Shown: positions 34,699-47,465, numbered from the whole stretch's first letter. The stretch: DNA of 60,776 nt, filler included, from Hausera hauseri (GCA_046269625.1; 11 parts of 11 records of this genome joined end to end with filler, not necessarily neighbours in it); one strand, 5' to 3'. Translations and numbers: made by a program. The notes: generated by a model from the sequence alone, not told the origin.

Positions 34699-34798
34699 NN
34701 NNNNNNNNNNNNNNNNNNNNNNNNNNNNNNNNNNNNNNNNNNTTAATTAATTAANNNNNNNNNNNNNNNNNNNNNNNNNNNNNNNNNNNNNNNNNNNN

Positions 34799-37774
34799 TA
34801 TCTAAAAGAGAGCTTGACAGTCGTACCTCTGCTGGTTTACCCAAATACCAACAAGGAATACGTATTATACACCGACGCATCTGACTTTGCCGTAGGTGCA
34901 GTATTGGTGCAGAAAGACAGTGAAGAGACGGTACAAGGAAAGAGAGTCGACAGGGAGAAACCAATATACTTCTTGTCACATAGATTGACCAAATCCCAAC
35001 GCAAATGGTCGGTGACTGAAAAAGAAGCATATGCAATCCACTTTGCACTGCAGAAATTGAACTTTTATTTGCATAATAGCAAATTCACTATTAGAACAGA
35101 TCATATGCCGCTAAAAGCCATGATGAAAGCCGACGTACAAAACAAAAGAATACAAACCTGGATATTAAATTTACAAGGATACAACATGAACATTGAATAC
35201 ATTCCAGGATTGCAAAACACAATTGCAGATCTTTTGTCAAGACTACCAGAGAAATGTAATAATTATGAAGATCCACATGAAGTAAACGATGAAGAAGGTA
35301 CCCCAGAAATAGATGAGCACACACTTCAAATTTCAGCTGTTAGTACCACTGAAAAGAAAGCAAACGAGACAGGAGAATCAGAAACAGAATCCGGTGACGA
35401 AGATAAGAACAGAATAAATATGAAAACCGAACAAATGAAAGATGAAGAATTAAAGAACATCATAGAAGATCTACAATCAGGGGTAGAAGAGAAGTTAAAG
35501 AAGTGGAAAAAGTTCATGCTGGATGATGAAGAACTATACAGGGTAGGCAGTGAAGGGAAAAGAAATTTTCAACTATGTATACCCCAACATTTGAAAACTT
35601 GGGTAATGCAGGAACATCATGATAAAATGGGACACCTAGGTAGAGACAGGACGGCAGAACTGATCAGCCGGAAATACTACTGGAAAAACATGCTGTCAGA
35701 AATAGGAAACTATGTAAAGAATTGTGAACCGTGCAAGTTGAGAAATATGGAAGTGCTAAAACACCCTATCCAGGAGCCGGAATACGCAAACTTCCCTATG
35801 GAGAAAGTGAGTCTCGACTTATCCGGACCTCACCCATTGACAGTATCTGGGAACCAACATATTCTGCACATAGTGGACATTTACAGCGGTTGGCCCGAGT
35901 TATACGCGGTGCCTGATAAAACTGCAGAGAATATTGTTGATATTCTAGTAGGAAAGTTTATAACGAGATATGGATGTCCTAAAATCATCGTGACGGATAA
36001 CGGCAGAGAGTTTGTGAACCAGGCAATGAGAAACACACTAAAAGAATTAAACATCAAACACGTACGAACGTCCGTATACAATCCAGGCGCCAATGGAGTG
36101 AATGAAAGGCAACATTCTACACTGTATGATGTCATCTCAAAGTATACTAAAGACCAACCCAAGGAATGGGATATGCATTTGAGTAAGGCAGCAATGGTAG
36201 TTCGAATCATGGAAAATGGCAGCCGAAAGTATTCTCCTTATGAAATGTTATTTGGAAGGGAGCCGACTTTACCAATTGATAACCTACTGAAGCCAAGATT
36301 AAAATACCAAGGGGAAGAATTTCACAAATACCAAATCCAAAAGTTACATGAGATTACAGTGAAAGTCAGCAGAAACGTAAGAGAGGCCTTTCAAAAGAGG
36401 AAAAGGTATAGTGAACCAAAGACTGTCCAACAAGATTTCGAGATTGGAGATAAAGTTTATTATCGCAAGAACAAGAAGAGCTCGAAACTTGAAAACAACT
36501 GGGTACCAGGTTACAAGATCCTAGAAAAGAAAGGACCGATTACATACGTGGTAGTGAACCAACAAACAGGGCATGAAGCCACAACCACCACAAGTCTACT
36601 TAGAAGAGACAATCGAACCTTCCCAGAGGAACCAAAAATAGAAAATAAGAACAATATGCGAAAGTCGAAGTATGTCGTACCACCGAAAAGTGAAAACGAT
36701 TCAGAAACATCAAGTCAAACTGAAGAAGAAACATCTGATGAAGAGAGTGATAGTGATACGAGATATGAAATAGCGATTCCATATCAAGTCGGAAGAAAAA
36801 CGCAAAAGAGATGTGAAATCGAACCAAAAACAGATAAGGAAACGAACACTGAAGCACCTTACCAAAATACAAGGGCAGCGGCTAGGAAAAGATTTGAAGA
36901 AGCTAGGGCCCAACAATTAAAAAGAAGAAGAGCTGTCCGAAGCAACTCATCGGAAGAGAGCGACATCCCATACTTAGAAAGGAAAAGACGATTAGAAGAT
37001 AGGGAACGAAGAGAAGCTCAGGAAACACAAGGGGACGATGAAGAAACACAGAATGACTTGGAAAGCAGCAGCTCGGAAACCTTAGTGGAAGACACCGAAA
37101 CTGAAACATCCGAACTAGACCAAATGGTCAAAAGACTGAAGAGGTTAAGAGATTCGAGTACATCAACTGAAGACGAACCTAGAGCCAAAATCACCAGACA
37201 AGCAGAACTGAGAAGAAAATATGTGGCTGAAGAAGCGAGAAAGAAACGAGAAAGGGAAAGAAGACAAGCAGAAACTCGAATCGAAGAAATACGAAAAACA
37301 ATAGATGGAAAAGACAAAGAAGTACAAGAAGTAAAAGCAGCCATAGGAAAATTAACCGAAGACAAAAAGGCAGTCGATATGAAAGTTAATGAGTTAAGAG
37401 ACAAAGTAAAAGAAGCAGAAAGCCAGTCGGCCCAACTGGAAAAAGAAAATGCTGAAAAAACAGAAATTATAACAAAGTTAAGGAAGCAGTTGGCAGAAAT
37501 AATTAGTCAAAAGGAGCCACCATGTATTGTAAGGGAGAAAAGTGTGAAGCATAATAAACAGAGAGAAGAAGAAGATATGGAAAATGAAGTTACAGAAGAA
37601 CGGGTATATGATAAAAGTCGTCCAAAAATAACAACAGAAGTGGAAGAGAAGCTACTGGGTATAAAACAACCTGAGCGAGCAATAGCGGTAGTAGAAAAAG
37701 CAGCGGGTAGGACAGAATTGAAAGATGATAGTGTCATGAAACTATTATTGCAAACGATGTTGAAGTTGGCGTAA
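34799..37774 (+). CDS. pol: Pol: RNase H + integrase with long acidic/coiled-coil tail (5' truncated by spacer)
   Basis: LYTDASDFAVGAVL, WSVTEKEAYAI, IRTDHMPL, IADLLSR; HHDKMGH..CEPC; SLDLSG, VTDNG, NGVNER; PGYKILEK. Confidence 0.95.
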   Translation, partial: YLKESLTVVPLLVYPNTNKEYVLYTDASDFAVGAVLVQKDSEETVQGKRVDREKPIYFLSHRLTKSQRKWSVTEKEAYAIHFALQKLNFYLHNSKFTIRTDHMPLKAMMKADVQNKRIQTWILNLQGYNMNIEYIPGLQNTIADLLSRLPEKCNNYEDPHEVNDEEGTPEIDEHTLQISAVSTTEKKANETGESETESGDEDKNRINMKTEQMKDEELKNIIEDLQSGVEEKLKKWKKFMLDDEELYRVGSEGKRNFQLCIPQHLKTWVMQEHHDKMGHLGRDRTAELISRKYYWKNMLSEIGNYVKNCEPCKLRNMEVLKHPIQEPEYANFPMEKVSLDLSGPHPLTVSGNQHILHIVDIYSGWPELYAVPDKTAENIVDILVGKFITRYGCPKIIVTDNGREFVNQAMRNTLKELNIKHVRTSVYNPGANGVNERQHSTLYDVISKYTKDQPKEWDMHLSKAAMVVRIMENGSRKYSPYEMLFGREPTLPIDNLLKPRLKYQGEEFHKYQIQKLHEITVKVSRNVREAFQKRKRYSEPKTVQQDFEIGDKVYYRKNKKSSKLENNWVPGYKILEKKGPITYVVVNQQTGHEATTTTSLLRRDNRTFPEEPKIENKNNMRKSKYVVPPKSENDSETSSQTEEETSDEESDSDTRYEIAIPYQVGRKTQKRCEIEPKTDKETNTEAPYQNTRAAARKRFEEARAQQLKRRRAVRSNSSEESDIPYLERKRRLEDRERREAQETQGDDEETQNDLESSSSETLVEDTETETSELDQMVKRLKRLRDSSTSTEDEPRAKITRQAELRRKYVAEEARKKRERERRQAETRIEEIRKTIDGKDKEVQEVKAAIGKLTEDKKAVDMKVNELRDKVKEAESQSAQLEKENAEKTEIITKLRKQLAEIISQKEPPCIVREKSVKHNKQREEEDMENEVTEERVYDKSRPKITTEVEEKLLGIKQPERAIAVVEKAAGRTELKDDSVMKLLLQTMLKLA

Positions 37775-37779
37775 AAGTA

Positions 37780-39783
37780 ATGGTGCGGATGTATAATCCA
37801 CAGGACATGATGAAAATACATCAGTTGATGATCACAGTCCTTATAAGCTGGGAAGTTGTCGTGTCGACACAAGCGAGGAAAGGAATTGTCCAAAACCAAG
37901 GTATGGTATTTGTAAGGACCAAAGATGTACGCCAAATAAAAGCACACTGGAGATTGGTAATTACTCAGTCGATAAAGAATTTCCAGGAACAAGTGATGGA
38001 GGTAGAGGAAAAACTAGAAAACGCTAGTAAATTGCTCTATGAAAGAAGGTATATGAGTAGTAGAAAGCAGAAAACGAACGATGCTATATATTTCCAAAAG
38101 ATGCTACAAGAGTCAGAGAGAGAAGTGAAGCAGTGGCGACATGAAGTTAGAAATATCAAGGAAAGATTGAATTGGCTAAATAAAAGTCGAACCAAACGAG
38201 CCATCATACCATTTGTCGGAGAACTATTAGATACGCTATTTGGGACGGCGAGACAGGATGAATTACAAAACGTAAAACAGAGTGTTCATGTGATTAACGG
38301 CAATATTGAAGTCATAAAGCATGTGTTAGAACGAAGTATCTCAGCAATAAATATATCAAATAGAGAAATAGCTGAGAATAGAAGAAAAATCAACGAATAC
38401 ACCACACATATGACCAGAATCGAAACATATCTAACGGAAATGGGAAATAATATAGAAAATATAACCAGAGAACTTGAGATCAAAGTACATGAATTAGGAA
38501 TGCTAATATCTATTGAAGGCCGATGCAGAGAACTAGTTAGAAGAATTGAAAGAGTTGCCAACAACATTGAGGATATCATAAGCCTTACTACGTTGAAGAG
38601 ACTAAATGCGAATGCTATAGGTCCGACGGAGTTGAAGATAATTTTAGGGAGTATCCAGAAGACTATACCACAAAACTTACGAATGCCAATTAACTTAGAA
38701 GAACACCTAATAGACTACTATGAACACCTAGAAACGGAAACGTTCATCAATAGAGGTCAATTAGTAATGGTAATGAGTATCCCATTAGTAGACACCACTG
38801 AAGAATACGAGTTATACGAGATCACGAGTATTGGTAAAGTGAATAGTAATGACGGAAACGAAAAGAGCGAATTATGGGAGAACTACTATGTAAGAAACAT
38901 CCCAGAAGGCAGGGCATTACTAATAAACAAGGCCAACACCATATTTACAGTACTACAACAAGAAGAGTTTAGCAAATGTAAAGAAACGAACAATGAATAC
39001 TGTGAAATAGCGAGACCAATGTATAACACGAAGCAAACAGAATCGTGTATCCTGAATATATACGAAAACAACGTAGAAGGAGTTGAGAAATATTGCAGAA
39101 AGGAACTGGTTAAGAAAATGCGAACATCACAAGCAACGAAAATAGGCAGAGACATGTGGGTAGTAATCACAAAAACAGAACTGAAAGCACAAAAATTATG
39201 TGAGCAATACGGAAAATGGAAGACCGAAACAATACGTTTGAAGAAGAGGCTAGAGATCATCCAGTTAGACAAGGGATGTTCCCTATACTCAAGTGAAATA
39301 GTTATTAACGAACCGAAAATGTTTGACTCAAAAGTAAATGTAGAATTGGCAAAGATGAATACTTCGAAGATTGACATGAACGAGCAACAATGGGAAAACA
39401 CAGAAATGGAAACAGTAGCGAAGAAGATGAATCTGATATTCGGAGAACCTCTAACACACTTGAAAGCGATGGAGAAAATAGACTACAACGACATGTTGAA
39501 TGAGCTGGAACAATTTCAGACAATTAGGGAAATAAAGGACAAGAACACCACAACGACCATAAGTGGCATACTTATTGCAACGGCAATCATAATCGGTGGA
39601 GTGATCATAAGCTTGAACAAAAGGTTCAACTGGTGGAAGAAAGTGGAAGAATTCTACAAGAAGCGCAAGGAAACCCAGAAGTTAGATCAAGTAGAAAAAG
39701 GACAAGTACAGAACAAGGATGTCAGAGTAGAATATAGGGATATTAAATCCATATACCCAAATCTGACCATACAAAAGGTGTAG
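37780..39783 (+). CDS. env: F-type (baculovirus F/errantivirus-like) envelope glycoprotein
   Basis: Signal LMITVLISWEVVVSTQA; furin site RTKR (38188-38199) followed by fusion peptide AIIPFVGELLDTLFGTA; heptad repeat; Cys-rich region; TM ISGILIATAIIIGGVIISL. Confidence 0.9.
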   Translation: MVRMYNPQDMMKIHQLMITVLISWEVVVSTQARKGIVQNQGMVFVRTKDVRQIKAHWRLVITQSIKNFQEQVMEVEEKLENASKLLYERRYMSSRKQKTNDAIYFQKMLQESEREVKQWRHEVRNIKERLNWLNKSRTKRAIIPFVGELLDTLFGTARQDELQNVKQSVHVINGNIEVIKHVLERSISAINISNREIAENRRKINEYTTHMTRIETYLTEMGNNIENITRELEIKVHELGMLISIEGRCRELVRRIERVANNIEDIISLTTLKRLNANAIGPTELKIILGSIQKTIPQNLRMPINLEEHLIDYYEHLETETFINRGQLVMVMSIPLVDTTEEYELYEITSIGKVNSNDGNEKSELWENYYVRNIPEGRALLINKANTIFTVLQQEEFSKCKETNNEYCEIARPMYNTKQTESCILNIYENNVEGVEKYCRKELVKKMRTSQATKIGRDMWVVITKTELKAQKLCEQYGKWKTETIRLKKRLEIIQLDKGCSLYSSEIVINEPKMFDSKVNVELAKMNTSKIDMNEQQWENTEMETVAKKMNLIFGEPLTHLKAMEKIDYNDMLNELEQFQTIREIKDKNTTTTISGILIATAIIIGGVIISLNKRFNWWKKVEEFYKKRKETQKLDQVEKGQVQNKDVRVEYRDIKSIYPNLTIQKV

Positions 39784-39900
39784 GAAATTAGGAAGGGTAG
39801 CTGAATTACAGTAAAGAATTGCCTTCGGGAAAAATGATTGTCGATCAGTGAAAAGAAAAAAATATTTCCCATTCGTGGTGGCGAATGGAAAATAATTTTT

Positions 39901-40253
39901 AAAAAGGAAAGGGGGCATGGTATCATCGATATTACACATCCTCCATCCAAGCATAGTGACACATAGAAAGAGAACGTTTACGAGAAAATCTCAGAAAGAC
40001 CCAGAATTTTTTTCTTGTCAGGAAGTTGTTCCTGATTACTTGCACAAATGTTGGGACTGGGAGACTAAAGATCAAACCCAAACCCGCGACTGTGTAGAGC
40101 GAAAGGTGTGTGAATGAGTATACTGTGGGAAGTTAAAAGGTTAAAGGAACCCACAGCGGGACGATGTACATCCAAACTGAGATGTCCATGAAGGATGAAT
40201 GCGATGGATGTGAGAGAAAAGGTAATTGTGCAAGGGATAAAGAGGACAGATAG
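39901..40253 (+). repeat. Polypurine tract (39901-39915) and beginning of 3' LTR (TG at 39918)
   Basis: AAAAAGGAAAGGGGG-CA-TG shortly after the env stop. Confidence 0.7.
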
Positions 40254-41458
40254 NNNNNNNNNNNNNNNNNNNNNNNNNNNNNNNNNNNNNNNNNNNNTTA
40301 ATTAATTAANNNNNNNNNNNNNNNNNNNNNNNNNNNNNNNNNNNNNNNNNNNNGAAATGTCACAAAACAACAAAAAATAACTGAATGTGGCATGTTTCTA
40401 TCTTAGAGTGAATCGACCAGCCTCACACAGACGCTGCCGTTACGTATGGCAAGAAACAGGAAGTAAATGTTCTTTCATATCAGTATTGGTGATGTTACAT
40501 ACTGTCTGGAGAGGTCGAAAAAGAAATGCAATTCTCTTCACATTACGGGAACAACACTGGAAACAGCATGTGAGCTAAATGTCAATCATGTGAGGTAAAT
40601 GTTCACTTTGTCAGAACTTATTCAGTAGATGTGTTTCCATCTCCCCTTTCGCACATCAACTCTTTTTTTTGGAAAATCCAAAAACTACCTCAAGCGAGTG
40701 TAAAAACTTTTCTGCAAAATTGAGGACGTTTTATTTTATGTTCCTGTTTCCATCAACCTTTTCCAATGCCATACTTCAAAATATGCCTAAAAATGTTGAC
40801 GGAGACACGGCTACTGGTTGATTTTGGAGTATTTTAAAGGATATGTTTTACTTTGATTTTGTCCCATTCAAAACATAAAGGTGATACTTTTTTCTTTTAA
40901 ATTTAACTCCTACTTCAGGGCTATTCATCTGGTGGCTATTACCAAAAAAATGAATGAGATTTTTTATCATTTATTGTTGGAAGAAAAATCTGTGACCGAA
41001 ATTAGAATATTTATGAATGGTGTATTGCCCATTGTTCGATAAATCGTAGAAAACTGCTTCAGCATAGGTTTTGTTAAACTTAAACTACTTCAAAATGTTC
41101 AACAATATTTGGCGCGAGATATTCAAGAAATTTCTGCATAAACTAAAACAGTGTTACCGCACGTATTGTCAAAAAGGCCGGCTTATTTCAACCGCGTATT
41201 AGGCATCATATTTTTCAACGTCAATCGTTGCTAATAATTTTATATTTATTTTTGTCGTTACATAGTCCATTTCCTTGTTTCTAATTATTATTGCTTAATA
41301 TAGCATTTAAATTTGGCTTTTATATCAGAGGTTTCCATTCTAAAAACAATCTATTACAATCGTTTTCTCTGATAAGAATCCCTAATTTGTTTCTAGGCAT
41401 ATATTTGATTGAGAAATTTATTACTCTGATCAAACACGTACATACATACATACATCTA

Positions 41459-43502
41459 CAGTGCACTCCGCTTATAACGAAGTCGTATTATCCATGTCAA
41501 TTGCTTCGTTATATCCGTAATTGGTAAAAACCCGTTTTGTTCAGATCCACTAAATAAACAAAGAGGAGTGCATTGATGAAACACTTGTTGCCTGCGTGAC
41601 CGTTAAAATGATATGATGTTCAACGAGTATTAACTCAAGATAATGAATTCAAGACAGTGAAATAAATGAATAAAACCCAATTACAGTGAAAACTCCTATT
41701 CTTCATTAAGTCTTCTCTTTCTTTTTATACACCTTTCATTTTAGATATATGGAAGAAGATCGAGATACGACGGGACCCTCGATTTGGACGTAGAATTTAG
41801 TCTTTAAATGTTATATATTAAGTGACTTTATTCACAAACATATTAAAGTCAATAACTGTGATTCCCGTGTGTTGTCCAATTTCCTCCCTCTGCGCTAGTA
41901 TAGGAAAATTACTTTTTAACAAAATCCTATTCATTATTCAACGCAAAATAGCCACAGAAATATCAATAACAATCTTATCAGGTCATTTTGGAAAATAAGT
42001 GCGTGATCTTTTGACATTATGAAGTCTGTAGCATGCATTGAACGGTTTTTTCTATGTTATTCAAGTCTGAAAGTTCCCTATGAAAAAATGGGCACTCGTC
42101 TTGACATTGAAAAAACATTCGCACAGTTTGAATGCTCTCTAAGACTTCCTTAGGCCGTGGATTGTGGATGATTGTGGACTTCTTCAACAGATTCTTCATA
42201 ACACCACTATTTGGCCTCCCGAATACTGCCGACAATTTCTGCATCGGTTAACATCGAATTGGTGACTACATCATTGTCTACATCCGCATATGAATCGAAA
42301 TCCAGGTCTTCTGGCAAGTTCGAAATGTCTTTCATGCGATCGAAGAGGTTTTGTCCATTCTCCACTTGTGTTGCAGTTAGCGATGTGTCAAGTGAAGGAC
42401 TGACATCGTGCTTTAAGATTCCACTATGTCACCAACAGTTGGAAATTGTTTCTGGAAGCACGGCAGTCCATGCTGCAGATACAAGATCCACAGCCTGCTT
42501 CAGATTGATTGGTGACACAGCTCCAGCATCGTACGCCGTCAAATATTTCCTAAACAAACGCGTGCGGTAATTTATCTTTAAGTTACGAATAATTCCCTGG
42601 TCGCAAGGCTGCACACAGAAGTAGTGTTTGGCGACAAGAATTCTACGTGGATATTCGTAAGCCCCTGAATGTCTGTAGGATGTGCAGTGCTGTTGTCCAG
42701 CAGGAGTAGGATTTGTCGATGTTGTCCTGCCATCATTTTGTCAATGTGCCGAACCCACGCTTCGAAGAGTGGCCCGGTAATCCAGGCCTTATGATTTGCT
42801 ACATATCGAACGGGAAAGTGCTTAATCCATCGGAAACATCTTAGCTGCTTTGCCTTTCCAATGATTAATGGTTGTAACTTCTTAGAGCTATCCATATTGC
42901 AACACAGAAGAATTGTAACGTGTCCTTACTAGCCTTTCAACCGGTGCAAGTGTCTCCATTGAAGTGAAGCGTCTTATCAAGAAGGGGACGCCAGAAGCGG
43001 CCTATTTGATCGGCGTTGTAGAAGTCTTTGCAGGCATAGTTGTTGAACAAATGAGGCATTATATTTGTGTGCCAGTTCGTTATCTTTCTGTTGACATCAG
43101 CTTCGCCACAAATATTCCGCAGCTTGATGCCATATCTTTCCTTCCAACGCTCAATCGAACTACCACTTCCAGTGAAATCCTCTAAGCCAAATTCTGAAGC
43201 CAGTACCCTCGCTTTTTCAGAAAGCAAAGGACCATTAACCGGAAGAGTTACATTTATAACATGCTTGAACCACTGTAGTAGAGCCTCATCAACGTCAGCA
43301 TATGTAGACGTGCGCCTTCGCTTCCTTCTGCTTTCGCCTGTCTTCAGAGACTGTTGGTGAATATTTTCAGAGTTCTTTAATATGGTGCTGAGCGGCGACA
43401 GTGCGATGTTATATTTCAGGGCGATATCTGTCTTTTTCTTTTTCTCCACTTCAGCCTCTTAAAATTTGCGTTTTTTTGATAAAGTGAGTTTCTCTTAGAC
43501 AT
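41459..43502 (-). mobile_element. Tigger/pogo-family DNA transposon, decayed
   Basis: CENP-B-like HTH (TDIALKYNIALSPLSTILKN..VDEALLQWF..PVNGPLLSEKA); DDE_1 (FYNADQIG, LLLLDNSTAH, QPCDQGIIRNLK); TA-CAGTGCACTCCGCTTATAACGAAG terminus at 41457-41482. Other TIR not found. Confidence 0.9.
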
Positions 43503-44489
43503 TTTTAAATTAACCTTGTAATATAGCAATGTTATAACACATATATGGTTTGCTATCAACACCGAACAACATCAAATTATACCTACAAAATGAGTAGAAT
43601 AGTGTTACAGTTGTATAAATGAAATCAAAATTTTTTATTTACACTGAATATTGACACAAAACCATTAAACCACTTTCTAAGATACAAAATTTTTTGTAGT
43701 TCAATTAGGACTAATATGCACCGCAATCTATCTTAAATCTTATCCTAAATGTAAATATAAATCTAATCCTAAATCTAACTATAAACATATTAGTTTAAAA
43801 TTTTGATTCAAGAAATGGTTTCTTAATTTTTCTGCACCACAAAATTGAATTTTTTGTGTATTAGATTTAGGGTTAGATTTAGGAATATATTTAGAATTAT
43901 GTGGACACAATGAATTGTTATAAAATTGGTGTTTTGTATTTCGGGCGAATTATGTACAAGTATCGAGCCTTAATCAAAATTTTGGAAATCTGATCTTCTT
44001 TTATTACTTGGTTGCGTAATCATATTCGTCTGGTTCATCTGTTTTCTGGTGGTTGACTTTTCTTTTATTTGATTAATATTACAATTATAAAAATATTATA
44101 TTTGAATTAGTGTGATATCATGTTTTTCTTTATATATTGTAACAGATATGGAATAAATTTATTTCTATTGAATGACGTGAGTCAGTTTTACACTAAAATG
44201 TTCTATTATTCTTTGTTCTACTTGTTTCCCCTAACTAAAAATGAATAAAAATATAGTGGCACTTTTAGATATATCATGACCCGTGTGTTACCGTAAATGT
44301 GCCTTGAAAAATTCAAATACTTTCAAACAATGTTGGGTCAATAGAGTATTGAGCCTCCTATANNNNNNNNNNNNNNNNNNNNNNNNNNNNNNNNNNNNNN
44401 NNNNNNTTAATTAATTAANNNNNNNNNNNNNNNNNNNNNNNNNNNNNNNNNNNNNNNNNNNNCCCCGGGGGGGTTGGGTGGTGTAGAAT

Positions 44490-46240
44490 GCCCATTTTTA
44501 CACTACTAAGTCTAAACCAAATATAAATGTGTGTACATTAGCTATTGTAAATGTCCATGTGAATGTGTTTGTGAAGTGTGGGAGGGTGAATGTTAATGTG
44601 GTAACTCCAAAGATTTGTAAAGATTCAATGGACGCAGTAAACAGTTGCTTTTGTGAAGTGTAATTGTGTTGTATGTGTTGTTTTGGTGGCAGCAGAGAGA
44701 TTGCTGCACCCGTATCTATAAGAAAGTTTAATTGTTGTTTTGTTGGAATGACGACTGCTGCTTCCAACGTAAAAATTCGATGTTTATGTTTTTCCTGGTT
44801 GTTGCCTTTACTAGGACTTTCCGTATGTCCTAGTGTCGAAATTAGTTTTTTGGAGCTGGTAAGTTTGGCCTACTGTTTTGTGTGAGCTTGTTAGTGTTGG
44901 TCTTATTGTGTGTGCAGTAAGTACAGCCAGGTAGGCATTTTTGTGCTTTTGTGCCAAATTTTGAGTGGTAGATGCAAACAATGTTACTTGTATTAAAACC
45001 AGAGGAAAAAAATTTACAACCGATACAGCACTTCTGAGCATTGTTGCCAAATTTACAATGATAATAGCAAATAAACGACCGCACGGGGACGGCGACCGTC
45101 TGTAACGTTGACTAAGTAGATTTGGGGAAAGCGGCTTAGAAAAACCCCGTCGAGGTAGTGTTAATGCGTTTAGTTCATCGTTAATGTTGTTGATTGTTTT
45201 TTTTGCAATGTTTCACTTTCTGTGCGTAATTGCGCAATTTGTTGCTGCAGCATTGCATTTTGTTGTTGTTGATCTGTTGTCAGTGCTGCAGAGATAGTTG
45301 GTGCTGCAAGTGAGTGCAGTACTTCGTATGCCTTGTCTGCCAGTTTGGTTAGCTTGTCAAGAGCCGTGGAGTCCTCAACCACTGTTGGCAAGGCTCTTAT
45401 TTGAAGGGTCAATGCATTTAAGAAATTGCGACGAAGAAGCTCGGAACTGTGTTTAGAGGTTATGCCAAGGGTGTTGAGGTGATACAAGGATGTGCGTAGG
45501 AATTAAGAAGGCTTCTGAGGGCCCATGGCGTTGTCGTTAAAGAACCTTTGAATGACTGAATCGATTGAAGGATCAGTAGGCTTGAGAACGGCACTGTAGA
45601 GTTGTGTATATGGGTCAGCGTGCTGAAGGATATAGATTATATTGATGATTTTAGTTTTAATTGAAGATGGTAAGTGGAAAAAGAGGCTGTTGGCTTTGAC
45701 TAAATAGTTGACGACATTTTGCGATTGCAGCCAAAATTGGTGCAGCTTTAACCACGTTTGAGTAGAATTTTGGCTATTGAGAAAGTATTCGGTGCAGGGT
45801 GTATAAGTAAGGAGGGTATGTTGAGTAGGGATGTTGGAAGCGCTGTGTTTGGGTAAGTGGATAATGGGGATTTGTTGTTTAGTGAGTTTGTCCGTGGTGT
45901 CAGTTGTGGGTGACGAATCCATAAATATGGAGATAGATTTGGTTGTGGAAGATTGTGGAGTTCCAGCGAGGGATACTAGAAATCCGTTGTGTGTAAGGTA
46001 GAAATCAGAGGAGTGGAATAAGGTAGAAATGAAAGTGTGAATAATCGCAGTGTATAAATGCAATGTTATGTATGTATGTGTTTATTATTTAGAAAAAGAA
46101 AAATGGAGAAGGGCGAGGTAGTGTGCCCGGGGGTGTGTTGCAGGGCTGAAGCGAAAGGCGCCGTCTGACCCACTAGCGCAGGGTGGGCGGCCGGGACCTC
46201 AGCCTCGCAGCGGCAGGTCCCAAATTTCGGGGTGACCGAT
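44490..46240 (-). mobile_element. Gypsy family C copy 1 (leader, gag, protease)
   Basis: Gag homologous to 52029-53123 (TDPSIDSVIQRFF..QKPS); CYYHCKFGNNAQKCCIGC; protease FLIDTGAAISLLP. Confidence 0.88.
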
Positions 46241-46799
46241 GACCCCTCTGGCTGTTCATCCTAGTCTGCTGTTCTAAAGTCAAGTTGCTGGGTTTCATCG
46301 GGCATGGTTACAATTGATTTCAACAGCGGGGAATGAACAGAATTGTTTTTATAGGCAAATTTGATCAAAATATTCATACAGCACTTAATATATATTGCAA
46401 TAATAGTTGAATTACCTTTATATGAATTACTCAGTGTCTCTTTATCGGATGCACTGGAACAGAAACGCTCAATTCCTTCGATAGCTGAGGATGAACTTTT
46501 ATTGGGGAATTTGCAATTTACATCGAGCTCATCAGTATTGCTAACAGTACTTTCCTGATCTCCGTCGTCATTTTTCGATTTTTTCTTTTCCGCTGAATCA
46601 TGGGGCTGATAATTCAACATTTCAATAGCATTCTCGAGAAAATAATAGCTGACAGGATGTGTTCGATCTTCAATTTCAAGAACGAAAACTGAAGGAAAAA
46701 AGTTGTTGAACATTTCGACATCAATAGTAGAACTCATCAGAATAATTTTCAATTGTGAATATGCCACTACTTCTGCTAGACAAATAATTTTCTGTGATT

Positions 46800-47465
46800 T
46801 TGCCGTATTAGCATCCCGCCAGATCTTATCCTATTTGAGTCGCAATTCGTTCTTTACCCATTGAGATATGACAGCCTCATTCAATTCTGTTCGCAATTCT
46901 TGAACTTTCCCTTTCGTTTCAACACTTGTCAAATTTTTTACCCAACAACTCTTAAATTCGCCCACTCTTCTCCAATAAAGTCTCCAATCGAATCGCACTG
47001 ACTGCATCAAATCGTGTCAACGCCAATATTCGCCATTTCTTAGCAGATAGTGCTTTTTAAGAAATTATAACGAGATTGCCGATATGACCGCTGTTCTTCA
47101 AATAAGTACCACTACAGAATTCGATTGACGCGTTGTTCCATTGGGCATCGTTAATACCGGCTAATAGAACTTCGATAAGCACTCCAACAGACGCAAAACG
47201 AACAGAATCTGGATACGTCTTACCGAATACTGCCCGAATATCCTCGATGACTTTCGCTGAAACTAACGACACTTCTACAAATACCTCCAAATCATTGTCG
47301 ATGATGTCTTGACAGATCTTCTCTACCCTTCGCAATTATTCTATAGTTAATGCTCCATCTGATTTGAAATCGAATCGCAATTTTTTTGGTGTAACAAGAG
47401 ACCCCTCTTGGTTAGTGTCATTCAATACTTCCCTCAAAGCGTAATTGACAACGTGTACCGTATGG
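46800..47465 (-). pseudogene. AARS1: Alanyl-tRNA synthetase editing-domain fragment
   Basis: [65 protein letters not shown]; stops and frameshifts; no introns. Confidence 0.9.

Larger units (their letters stand above)
34799..40253 (+). mobile_element. Env-bearing Ty3/Gypsy (errantivirus-like) element, 3' half
   Basis: RNase H-integrase ORF, F-type env ORF, polypurine tract and start of 3' LTR. Confidence 0.93.

Noticed and set aside
35091-39962. Antisense ORFs over pol/env, and similar short antisense ORFs over other elements
   Set aside because: Shadow frames of purine-rich coding strands with no recognisable motifs.
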